Below the pieces are notes generated by a model. The model saw nothing but the letters and a program-made list of their open reading frames with translations. It was not told the origin of the DNA and did no database searches. From Eubacteriales bacterium (GTDB lineage: Bacteria > Bacillota > Clostridia > Oscillospirales > QAKW01), in contig JAZUNB010000105.1 in assembly GCA_045603925.1 (NCBI GenBank), forward strand, positions 1-46,707: DNA of 46,707 nt, read 5' to 3'. This document shows positions 1-9,036 of the stretch, in pieces. Every line of letters begins with the position of its first letter. The first letter of the stretch is position 1. The position numbers and the translations under genes are program-made.

Positions 1-64
1 CAACCTTCCCCAAGACATTCTGGAATTCTATAATACCCTTTGGAATGATCTGAAAAATGCATAA
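1..64 (+). CDS. 3' end of a probable spermidine/putrescine ABC transporter substrate-binding protein (PotD-like), partial
   Basis: Frame from base 2 reads NLPQDILEFYNTLWNDLKNA* (TAA 62-64), resembling the PotD C-terminal helix (Y-x-x-L-W-x-x-L-K), and is followed by a hairpin. Only 20 codons are visible. Confidence 0.45.
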   Translation, partial: NLPQDILEFYNTLWNDLKNA

Positions 65-108
65 AAAAAGGATGTAAAAAAATCGTGGGATTTTTTACAG
101 CCTTTTTT
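63..108. repeat. Palindromic repeat copy 1 / bidirectional terminator-like hairpin
   Basis: AAAAAAGGATGTAAAAAAATC-GTGG-GATTTTTTACAGCCTTTTTT; related copies at 16684-16723 and 17687-17732. Confidence 0.75.
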
Positions 109-425
109 GTTAAAAACGACGAATCATGAAATTGTGCAATAAGCCGAATTGCTATATAAACGCTACCGATATTACAGTTTGAATTCATTACAGCACAAGT
201 TTTTAATAGATCCGGCCTGCTTTTACAGATTTAACGCCATAAACTCTCATATTATGATAAACTTTTTTGAAAATTCAGACAAAACATCATCACAAAAATG
301 TTTTTTATTCAATATAACGAAAACACAAAAATGCAATTTACAAATCCGTTTTTTTCCATTAACATAAAAATAGAAGAATGAAGAGGTGGATCATTCTCTA
401 AAAATATTTCAAATGAGGTGATAAT

Positions 426-1975
426 ATGAAAAGTTCCATCAACAAAAGCATATCCACACTGACAATTTTATTTATGATGTTTTCTTGCCTTGTTTTTGTG
501 CACCCTCCTCATGTCGAGGCTAGCACCATTACATTGTATCCTACAAGTTATGCTTATTAAAACCAGCTCCATATTGGACTTGTTCCCCATTTGATGAATT
601 CTCAACCACTCAACAAGTAACGATTCTAGAACGCGATTACGATTTTTTCTATGTAGAGTATATAAAAAATGGGCAAACACGACGAGGGTATGTCTCAATG
701 TCACACTTCAACTCTACCGATTATCACGGATATCATTGGTGCAATCACACTCACTTTACTCCCGGCTACAATAATTCAGGAAACACTATAACTACCTATT
801 ATACTCCTTCAGGTTCTGTTTCTTCTGGTTCTATCGATGGTGATGAAGGCATTAATTCAAATAAGCCTATCCTCGTATTGCGATATGAAGGTTCCCGTGC
901 ATTTATTCAATATGTAACTAATCCGGGAGCTTCAGGACATGTCTTATATAAACGAGCATGGGTTAACTCAACTTCTATATCTTTATCACAACCAAGTGCT
1001 TCACTCAGTTCTTCGATATACACATTAATAAAAAATGAAAAAACAGGATTATACCTTCAAGTTCAAACAACCTCCTCCGGATATAGCTTATCTGAAGCAA
1101 GCCCAACAGGATATTACGAACAACAATGGCAAATACTCAGATACAACTCCGCCAATGAGGGATACTACTATAAAATTTATAATCCAGCGTACAATCTCGC
1201 GTTAGAGGTCGATCACAAAACTGCAGTCGTCGAAAACCAAATCAAAGTGTCTACATTAAATTCCCCAAATAAAGCACAAGAATTTTCAATCAAGTATGTA
1301 ACATCAAATACATATAAACTACTCACACGTTGTAGCGGTTATTTTATGACTGTAGAAGGCGAAGGGACTATCACTCAAGAAAAACAAACCGGAGCCAGTA
1401 ATCAAAATTGGGTCTTTGAATTAATGGACAAATACTGGCTCAATTCATATAGAAATTTAACCGAATCCAATGGAAAAAAAGTTTTTCCATATTATATTGA
1501 CACAAGTAATTCCACCGGTATTGGCACACTTGACTTTACTGTTTCACAGGTACAAACTGCAGCGGAAAATTGGAATAATATCAATGCAAATATTCAGTTG
1601 GTTCGCGTTTATAATGTTAGTGATGCTTTAATACGTATACAAGCGCGTGCAATTACGGATGGATTGGCAGCAACATCTCCAAATACTGGTGATTTAGGAG
1701 GATCCTGGGATTATGTTGTGATACGGATCAACACGAACCGTTCCTCTGAACTTACCCCAATGACCAATGAACAAAAGATAAAACTATTATGCCATGAATT
1801 AGGCCACGCTCTCAAACTCCAACACCCGTATGGAGAAGGTGCGGCTGGACGTGTTGTATATAGTGTCATGTGCCAAGGCATTTTTTCAAATACCGACAGC
1901 CAAAACTATCATAAAATTGCCAAATCACCTACTGCATATGATATACGAACAGCAAAAACAAAGTGGGGAGGTTAA
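426..1975 (+). pseudogene. Secreted zinc metalloprotease (signal peptide, 2x SH3b-like, ricin-B lectin, M10/matrixin-like peptidase) split by a 1-nt frameshift near 555-560; may be intact in vivo if the shift is an assembly error
   Basis: RBS GAGGTG (415-420) and ATG 426 give MKSSINKSISTLTILFMMFSCLVFVHPPHVEA|STITLYPTSYAY* (TAA 558-560). The frame of ORF 698..1975 is open from 524 and reads ...LKPAPYWTCSPFDEFSTTQQVTILERDYDFFYVEYIKNGQTRRGYVSMSHF. Ricin QxW/F repeats: EQQWQI, AQEFSI, NQNWVF. Zinc motif HELGHALKLQH (1793-1825) and Met-turn SVM. Confidence 0.75.
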
Positions 1976-1979
1976 AAAT

Positions 1980-2744
1980 ATGAAAAAACGATTTATATTC
2001 ATCATCACGCTTTTACTTTGCACTTTTCTTTGCGGATGTAGTTCTTCTATTATAAGTTTTGGAAAGCCGATAGAGCTCAGTCATTTTGATATTGTAGAAG
2101 TTTCTGCTCTTTCTGATGATCGGATCATTTATGATTCTTTAGCAGACAGGCAAGAACACCTGCGTTTGGATTATAATATTGTTTTTCGCGGAAAACTGGA
2201 TGGAAAGCGCATTGCATATGCTGATGAGAGCGGCGAAGGGTTTCCGGATTTCACCTATTTTGAGACACCCATTAGGGTATTAGAGGTCTTCTATGGTGAT
2301 GTACAAACAAATGACATCGTTCTGCTTTGCGAAGATTTCTTTATTGGAATAAATGAAAATAAAGAAGAGTTTTTGGGATGCTATGAAAACCGTCCTTTCA
2401 TCGAAGAAGGAAAAGAATATCTTTTTATTCTCAATAATATGCCGAATCTTCCGGCAAACAATGGAGAAAAACTATATTGTAGCGAGCAAAGTATTTATGC
2501 AATTACTGACTATGACACATTTAAACAAGAAGCCCATTCAGGAAATTCTGATGCAAAAATCGGATTGGAGGCAATTGACTACTACATCAATCAAGATACA
2601 CCCGATCTTCAAGTAGATGTAGAAAAAGAAACTCAGAAAATGATTCAAGCGAATGGAAAAGATGCCATAGTACTTACGGAAGAGCAGCAAACACTGCTAA
2701 ACAATATGGTTGAACAATACGGAGAAAAAAACAATAATGCATAA
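1980..2744 (+). CDS. Lipoprotein with TIMP-like/OB-fold motif pattern
   Basis: RBS GGGAGG just upstream; ATG 1980 in frame with ORF 1830..2744; MKKRFIFIITLLLCTFLCGC lipobox; pattern YDSL...IVFRGKL...TPIRVLEVFYG...IEEGKEYLFIL. Confidence 0.8.
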   Translation: MKKRFIFIITLLLCTFLCGCSSSIISFGKPIELSHFDIVEVSALSDDRIIYDSLADRQEHLRLDYNIVFRGKLDGKRIAYADESGEGFPDFTYFETPIRVLEVFYGDVQTNDIVLLCEDFFIGINENKEEFLGCYENRPFIEEGKEYLFILNNMPNLPANNGEKLYCSEQSIYAITDYDTFKQEAHSGNSDAKIGLEAIDYYINQDTPDLQVDVEKETQKMIQANGKDAIVLTEEQQTLLNNMVEQYGEKNNNA

Positions 2745-2745
2745 G

Positions 2746-2779
2746 AAAAACAGGGTTGCTTTCGCAACGCTGTTTTTTT
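2746..2779. terminator. Bidirectional intrinsic terminator between convergent genes
   Basis: AAAAACAGGGTTGC-TTTC-GCAACGCTGTTTTTTT hairpin with A and T tracts on either side. Confidence 0.75.
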
Positions 2780-3593
2780 AATCTTCAATACCCAATTCGG
2801 CAAGGTCGATGGTGATACTGCCGATGCCGCCATCGATCTCCACCCACGCTTCGCCGGTTCCGTATACGGTACCGTTCTTCATGGGCTCGCCGCGGTAGGT
2901 GGCTTCGCCAACGCCCTTATCCAAGCGGATGCTATAGGCTTCTGGGTCGATCAACATAAGATCCACCTTCCCGATTCCGCAGTCAATTTGGCTTTTGCCG
3001 GTCAGGCGGGCGGTGAAGTTCAGTTCACCGACTCCCAGATCCATATCCAGATTTTGGATCGTACTATCCTGCAGGATAATTTGCCCTGCTCCACCGTCAA
3101 TTTCGGCCTTTTGGGAGACCGAAAGATCGGCAAGCACCGTTTTTCCTGCACCAAGGCTCAGATCCAGCTCCCCGATCTGCAGACCGGAGAGTTCGATCTC
3201 TCCTGCGCCGCCATCGATCTCAACCTCCTTCAGAAGCCGATCCCGAGGCAGGCAGACGGTCAAGGTACCGCCCTCTCTTTTCAGCCAACCGGCAGGGCGC
3301 TCGGTAATCACCAGGCGGGTTCCTTTTTCCACGCAGTTGATATACGGATTATCGGTTTCTACCGAAAAGGCGGAGCCGATCTTAACGGAAAGTTTTACGC
3401 CGGTTACATCGATCTCCAATTCATCGATAAAATCGCTGACGGTCTTGCTCTCTTGGGAGGGCACAGAGGAAGAAAGATCTTCCACCAACACAATGCCGCC
3501 CAGCAGCTTCAGCCCGCCGCCCACAATGCCGACGATGATGGCGATGGCAAGGGCCAGCGCCAGATATTTTACAATTCTTTGGGCGGTATTCAT
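2778..3593 (-). CDS. DUF4097-like (putative adhesin) beta-strand repeat membrane protein
   Basis: Start likely MNTAQRIVK (ATG 3593, overlapping the upstream stop); N-terminal TM helix; repeated [EV]IDGGxG / LxLGxG units. Confidence 0.8.
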   Translation of the reverse strand: MNTAQRIVKYLALALAIAIIVGIVGGGLKLLGGIVLVEDLSSSVPSQESKTVSDFIDELEIDVTGVKLSVKIGSAFSVETDNPYINCVEKGTRLVITERPAGWLKREGGTLTVCLPRDRLLKEVEIDGGAGEIELSGLQIGELDLSLGAGKTVLADLSVSQKAEIDGGAGQIILQDSTIQNLDMDLGVGELNFTARLTGKSQIDCGIGKVDLMLIDPEAYSIRLDKGVGEATYRGEPMKNGTVYGTGEAWVEIDGGIGSITIDLAELGIED

Positions 3594-4270
3594 TTGAGAT
3601 CCGCACCTCCGAAGAGGCACCAGCCGGTGACATAAACGGTGGGGGCATTCTCCCCTGCGTTTTTATGCTTATTGCTGACGCCGCCGAAGATGGAGGTGGT
3701 TGCCACCTTTACATTGACATTCTCGGGCAGCAATACATCGATACCGCCGAAGATGGCAGAGACCTTTACCGCCGCATCTTTCGTGATAATGGCTTCCCGA
3801 AGATCGCATTTCATCCCGCCGAAAACGACATTGAGCTCGACCCCTTCGAAGATCACACCGGAATAGTTCAGATCCTGGCCGGAAAAGACCGCGCCGTATT
3901 CCTGGAAGGCGCCGCTTTCCGCCTGCACGCGGGCATAGCCTTCTCTGGCCTTTTTATCGGAAAAGGGCTTGAAGATCATCCGCGCGCCGATGATGATAAT
4001 AACAGCAGGAACCAGCAGTTTCCAAAGCAGATCAAAGGCGATCCAATCTTGGCAAGCGGCCAGCAAACTGACACCGAGGGCAATACCAAACAGATTGCCG
4101 GTCTTATCCGCCTCGGTAAACAAACCAATGGCGCAGGGGACGATGATAAAGAGGGTCCACCAACCGTCAAACAACAGATCAATATGGGCAATTCCCAATA
4201 CATTCAGCGCCAGAACAACGCCTACTGCAATGAGGATCACGCCCCAAACAATGTTTTTACCTTGTTTCAT
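3590..4270 (-). CDS. LiaF-like cell-wall stress response membrane protein (TM bundle plus DUF2154-like beta domain)
   Basis: Four N-terminal TM segments (WWTLFIIVP...); C-terminal repeats AVFSG, VVFGG, AIFGG, SIFGG, LFGG. Confidence 0.75.
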   Translation of the reverse strand: MKQGKNIVWGVILIAVGVVLALNVLGIAHIDLLFDGWWTLFIIVPCAIGLFTEADKTGNLFGIALGVSLLAACQDWIAFDLLWKLLVPAVIIIIGARMIFKPFSDKKAREGYARVQAESGAFQEYGAVFSGQDLNYSGVIFEGVELNVVFGGMKCDLREAIITKDAAVKVSAIFGGIDVLLPENVNVKVATTSIFGGVSNKHKNAGENAPTVYVTGWCLFGGADLK

Positions 4271-4279
4271 CGCAAATTC

Positions 4280-5230
4280 CTACCTTTCTATATAATTTTC
4301 AAAATACACTTGCTTCACCCGAAAGACCTTCTTATTTAAATAAGAAAGAAAATGCTCCTCGGGCAATTTGAATTCCAAAGAATAAGCATAGAGTGCCTGG
4401 TGCTTAAAGGGCAGGCCGCGGTTCAGGGAGGCGGTGCCGTATTTCAGGTCGCCTGCCACCGGATGGCCGATGGAGGCCAGGTGGGCGCGGATCTGATGGG
4501 TGCGGCCTGTTACCAGCTCCACCTCCAAAAGAGAGACGCCCTTTCCTTCCTTTAACACCCGATAGCGGGTAATGATCTCCTTAAAGCCTTCTTTTTTGGT
4601 TTTGGAGATCTCCACTTTATTTTCCTTGGGATCCTTTTTCAGCCAACCCTTTAAGGTGGCTTGCTTTTTTTCAAAGGTACCTAATGCTAAGGTGAGATAC
4701 CGCTTTTCTACCTGACGGTATTTCACGATCTCATAAAGGGCCCTTCCTGCCGCCGCATTTTTGGCAACGATGACGATGCCGCCTGTATTCTGATCCAGAC
4801 GGTTGCAAAGGGCGGGGGTAAAAGAGGCTTCCGCCTCGGGATCATAGTCGCCCTTTTCATAAAGATAGAGCAACACATGGTTGATGAGGGTATCGCGGCT
4901 GCCATGGGTATCGGCATGGACGGGAACGCCCGCCTTTTTATCCACCAGCAGCAGATTCTCATCCTCATAAACGACAGACAGCTCCGGGCGATAGCCGATG
5001 GCGCGAAAATCCTCGCTTTTTGCGGTGAAGAATTCATCGTTGATATACATCTCCACCACATCGCCCACCGAAAGGCGGGTATTGCCCTCGGCCCGCTTGC
5101 CATTGACCTTAATGGCTTTTTTTCGCAAATATTTGTACATCAGCGACGGGCTTAAATTGCCCGCCGCTTTTTGCACAAATTTATCCAGACGCTGGTCCGC
5201 ATCGTTTTCGGTAATCACAAATTTCTTCAT
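4280..5230 (-). CDS. RluA/RluD family pseudouridine synthase with S4 domain
   Basis: QRLDKF S4 start, catalytic NRLDQNTGG, TGRTHQIRAHL, GDLKYG. Confidence 0.93.
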   Translation of the reverse strand: MKKFVITENDADQRLDKFVQKAAGNLSPSLMYKYLRKKAIKVNGKRAEGNTRLSVGDVVEMYINDEFFTAKSEDFRAIGYRPELSVVYEDENLLLVDKKAGVPVHADTHGSRDTLINHVLLYLYEKGDYDPEAEASFTPALCNRLDQNTGGIVIVAKNAAAGRALYEIVKYRQVEKRYLTLALGTFEKKQATLKGWLKKDPKENKVEISKTKKEGFKEIITRYRVLKEGKGVSLLEVELVTGRTHQIRAHLASIGHPVAGDLKYGTASLNRGLPFKHQALYAYSLEFKLPEEHFLSYLNKKVFRVKQVYFENYIER

Positions 5231-7872
5231 TCAAACCGCCAAATCATCTTTTTATATGCCGGCTTCTTCCCCAAGAACCACCGATACCAGAAGGCCTTAA
5301 AGGGATTGGTCTTACGGAAGGTGGCTACATTGAGGCTTTCCGCATAAAGCACCACTGCATCCCGCTCCTCTTCGGTAAAGGAGAGGTCGGAATAGATGGC
5401 CTTTTGCAGGAGAGGTACGATGGGGGTCAAGGGATAATGGGCCAGATAGAGGTTATCGGCTCTCTTGGCAAAGTCTTCCAACAGCTCGCCCTCAAAGAAC
5501 TTAAAGCCCCGCATCTGCATCAGCCGCAAGATCACATAATAGGCCTTACGCACCGCAACATCGGGGGGAAGACGCCGCAGCTCCTGCATCGTCTTCCGAT
5601 GGAGCGCCAAGGCGATCAGATAAATGCCCACCAATACGGCGCAACTGCCGAAGACCAGACCGATGATCAGCAGGATCTTACCCAGATTGGAGCTGATATC
5701 GGTAAAGGTATTGGTTTCTTTTTCCTCTTCGGGCAGAGTGGGATCGGGAAGATCATTGGAATACTTGATATAATCGGGATCGTCGATATACACAATGATC
5801 ACATTGGGCTTGATCTCGTTTTCCTTATTCTCGTCTACCAGCTCCAGAAGGTAATAGTTCCGATCGCCGCCGTAGCCGGGGGTAGGCTCAAAGGTGACCC
5901 AACCCATACCGTCGAAATAAACCTCGACCCAGGCATGGTAGTTATGGTCAAAGAGCACCACACCGTAGTTATCCAGATCGTTGAACTGAGGCTGGGCATA
6001 ATAGCCGGTCACCACTCTGGCGGGGTAGCCGAGGGTCCGCACCATAGAAACCATGGCGGAGGCAAAGAGGGTGCAATAGCCCTCCTTCTTCTCATTTTCA
6101 TAGAGGAAATATTCCAGATAATCATAGGCGGTCGCCTCGGTACCGTCGGCATAGGTCAGCCGCTGGCGGGCGGTGGAATAGGAATAATTGGTTCTTAAGT
6201 ACCGCTCGATGGACTGCACCCGCTCCAGCTTGGTGTTATAAGGCGCGCTGATCTCATTGGCCAGCTTTCTTACATCCTTACGCACCGCATCGGGAACCTC
6301 GGTATAGTTGCGCTGCACAAAGGCGCTGTATTCCGCCTCCATCCGCAGAAGAGGATCGTTATTATAATGCTTGCTGCGCATCTGAATATACTGCTTCTGG
6401 GTGGCATCAAAATTGGTCAGGAACACATTGCTGGTCCAGACGGGAGAGGTCACCTGGAACATATAGGAGCGATCCTCGGGATCATCGTTATGCATCAGGA
6501 TGGTATCGCCCTCGCGGGAGAGGTCATCATAATCGCTGACCGGTCCCTGGGTCACCGTACCCTTGGGCAACGCCAGAAGGTCACTGACCTTATACTGGGG
6601 ATAAACGGTGATATTATCGTTGATATATCCCTGCTCCTCGCTCTCGACGGCATCAAGACCCGCCTTCAGAGGATCTCCGTTGGGGGCGGTCCAGCGCAGA
6701 TAATTATAAAGCTGGGTATACTCGCAGAATTCATAGTCGATCCGCGCTTCCATATCCTCCAGAAAGGCCCCATCGGGGATAGCCCAGCCCTTCTCGGTAA
6801 ACTCCCGGGTGGTACGGAACCGCAGATAGATGGGCGTATCGGTCTTGCTGGTAACGCCTAATACCGAAAGGCCGCGGAAGGTGGGATAGGTCATGGAAAG
6901 GGTCTCCCCCTCCTCCATATAGCCGGCCACATTCAGTTGCTTTTCATAGCGGGCGCGGAAAACGGTATTTCCCACATCCTGGGCAAACTGATCGATGGCC
7001 TCCCGCACCTGCTCCAATTGGAGAATGGGGCGGCTATAGATAAAGGCGGCAGTCCCCATGGTGATGACCAGCATCACACCGGCAATGATCATACCGAAAG
7101 AGCCGTGCCCCGCCGCAAATTCCCAGCGCTGGGCAGTGGTCAGCTTCTTTTTGGTCTTTGCCTTCTTTTCTCTTTTCTTGAATACATTCTTCCAGCCGCC
7201 GGTACGGATGCTTTGCACTACGCTCTGCCCATAGCACCCGATCAGCGCCGAAAGGAAGAGGCTGAAGGCTGCATAATGAGGCACAATACCGTAAGTAAAG
7301 AAGGGGATCATCCCCACCATGGCCACTCCATAAGGGATCAGCATAGGGATCCGGCGGAAAAGCGCCAGCGCAAAGAAGACCGCCGCAATCAGGCTCAAGA
7401 GGATCACTGCAGTATAAAAATGACGGGACAAGATCACGGGGTTTTGCAAAATATCCGTCAGATCCATGGTCATCTTATCCAGATGGCCGGTATAGCCCGC
7501 CTGCGTTCCCAAGCGGTAGATAACATAGTTATAGCAGACCACCAGAGACTGCCCCATGGAACGGTACAGCGGGAAGCTGATGGGATAGGCGATCAGCGAA
7601 AGGCCTGCAATTCCGCCCAAAACACCGAAAAAGACCCGTTTATACCAAACCAGGAAGATCATCAGCGCAAAGGCAACAGCGGTGATCAAAACAGTTGCCA
7701 CTGCAGGAATGCCCATATCCAGGGCGGTGGTATTACAAAAGAGATAGCCCAAAAGACCTGCATAGAGAAGCAGGATCTCCATCAGGATCCCAAAACGGCG
7801 GTTATCGTTCTTAAACTTGATCCGCGGCTCCACCGGAATGGGCTTGATTTTTTTATTTTCGTTTTTTGTCAT
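5227..7872 (-). CDS. Multi-pass membrane transglutaminase-like domain protein (TgpA-like)
   Basis: N-terminal TM helices; GYCTLFASAM (Cys), PARVVTGY, HAWVEVYFDGMGWVTFEPTPG (His, acidic residue); C-terminal TM plus DUF4129-like tail. Confidence 0.88.
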   Translation of the reverse strand: MTKNENKKIKPIPVEPRIKFKNDNRRFGILMEILLLYAGLLGYLFCNTTALDMGIPAVATVLITAVAFALMIFLVWYKRVFFGVLGGIAGLSLIAYPISFPLYRSMGQSLVVCYNYVIYRLGTQAGYTGHLDKMTMDLTDILQNPVILSRHFYTAVILLSLIAAVFFALALFRRIPMLIPYGVAMVGMIPFFTYGIVPHYAAFSLFLSALIGCYGQSVVQSIRTGGWKNVFKKREKKAKTKKKLTTAQRWEFAAGHGSFGMIIAGVMLVITMGTAAFIYSRPILQLEQVREAIDQFAQDVGNTVFRARYEKQLNVAGYMEEGETLSMTYPTFRGLSVLGVTSKTDTPIYLRFRTTREFTEKGWAIPDGAFLEDMEARIDYEFCEYTQLYNYLRWTAPNGDPLKAGLDAVESEEQGYINDNITVYPQYKVSDLLALPKGTVTQGPVSDYDDLSREGDTILMHNDDPEDRSYMFQVTSPVWTSNVFLTNFDATQKQYIQMRSKHYNNDPLLRMEAEYSAFVQRNYTEVPDAVRKDVRKLANEISAPYNTKLERVQSIERYLRTNYSYSTARQRLTYADGTEATAYDYLEYFLYENEKKEGYCTLFASAMVSMVRTLGYPARVVTGYYAQPQFNDLDNYGVVLFDHNYHAWVEVYFDGMGWVTFEPTPGYGGDRNYYLLELVDENKENEIKPNVIIVYIDDPDYIKYSNDLPDPTLPEEEKETNTFTDISSNLGKILLIIGLVFGSCAVLVGIYLIALALHRKTMQELRRLPPDVAVRKAYYVILRLMQMRGFKFFEGELLEDFAKRADNLYLAHYPLTPIVPLLQKAIYSDLSFTEEERDAVVLYAESLNVATFRKTNPFKAFWYRWFLGKKPAYKKMIWRFE

Positions 7873-9022
7873 ATTCCAACTCCGATAAAGTCAATACTGT
7901 CATATGGTCTCCGCGGGGGCTTTCGGCGGTGGGACGCACCACCAGATAATTCAGCCGACAGTTCACACCGCGGATATAAGGCTCCATGGCCCGCTCCAGC
8001 TCCTCGGTGGGGCAGGAGGTAATGAGATAAAGAGCGCCCCCCTGCAGGGCGGAAAAATCCACCTCGCTTAAGGTCTGCTCAATGGTGCCTGCCTCCATCA
8101 TAGGAGTCATCTTAAAGCGATCCTGCGCCAGGATCTGCTCCTCTGGGGTTGCGATATTCTGCTGGCAGAGCATACTCTCATAATTAGGGTAGCCCAAAGT
8201 ACAGCGCACCCCTTCCTCCGCCAGCGCCGCGCTGACACGGGCAGTGATCTCCACCACGCAATCGGTCAGGTGGCGGTTGACCAGTTCCTCTTCTTCATAG
8301 GGGAAGAGATCCGATAGGATCATCACATTATCGCAGGCATTTTCCCAATAGGTCTTCACGATCATCTTCGCCAGACGGGCGGAAAGCTTCCAATGGACCT
8401 GCCGCAGGGTATCATATTCATTGAATTCACGGATTCCTGCCATATCGCCGTTATAGCGGGTCTCTTTGCCGCCGGCGGTCACCGCGCTTTCCTGCTCCAT
8501 GCTGGTAACATCCATAGGGATATTGCCGCGCAGGTTGCGAGGCTCCACCACCACAGTACGCACTACGCCGATCTTCCTCTTAATACTGAAGAGGCGCAGG
8601 AAATCATAAAAGACCACCTTCTCGGCCCCCACCTTATAAAGCCCCCGCACATCGAATTTCAGCGGGATCTCCAGGGCGGTGGTGCCGAAGGCACGGTAAT
8701 GGACAAAGGAATAACCGGGAACCGAAGCGTTGCCGCTGTCGTTATTTACCCGAAACAGGAATTTCATCATAGGCAGCATCACCGGTGTTTTGCTCTTCAC
8801 GGTAATGGGCAGATAGAATTCCTTCAGGCGGGTCTGACGGGAGGCGACCTCCCCCACCTCCACCTTCACCAACGCCAGGCTGACCAAAAGGCACAGCAGC
8901 GAGATCAGCGGGATCAGCAGGACCACCGCCAGGGTGAACAGAGAGATGGAATCAAACAGCGCCTGCGAGAAGATAAACGATGCGATCAGCAACGCCAGAT
9001 AAAAAATTCTCGAACGCGTCAT
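7853..9022 (-). CDS. DUF58 domain protein
   Basis: GIREF...DTLRQVHWKLSAR...MIVK motif; lies between MoxR and transglutaminase genes. Confidence 0.88.
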   Translation of the reverse strand: MTRSRIFYLALLIASFIFSQALFDSISLFTLAVVLLIPLISLLCLLVSLALVKVEVGEVASRQTRLKEFYLPITVKSKTPVMLPMMKFLFRVNNDSGNASVPGYSFVHYRAFGTTALEIPLKFDVRGLYKVGAEKVVFYDFLRLFSIKRKIGVVRTVVVEPRNLRGNIPMDVTSMEQESAVTAGGKETRYNGDMAGIREFNEYDTLRQVHWKLSARLAKMIVKTYWENACDNVMILSDLFPYEEEELVNRHLTDCVVEITARVSAALAEEGVRCTLGYPNYESMLCQQNIATPEEQILAQDRFKMTPMMEAGTIEQTLSEVDFSALQGGALYLITSCPTEELERAMEPYIRGVNCRLNYLVVRPTAESPRGDHMTVLTLSELEYDKKRK

Positions 9023-9036
9023 ATTTTCAAATTTCC

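Noticed and set aside
149-704. ORFs 149..367 (+) and 468..704 (-)
   Set aside because: No RBS or motifs. The second is antisense to the true N-terminus of the protease.
1830-1979. Extended N-terminus of the lipoprotein ORF
   Set aside because: It overlaps the protease C-terminus; the RBS and signal peptide point to ATG 1980.
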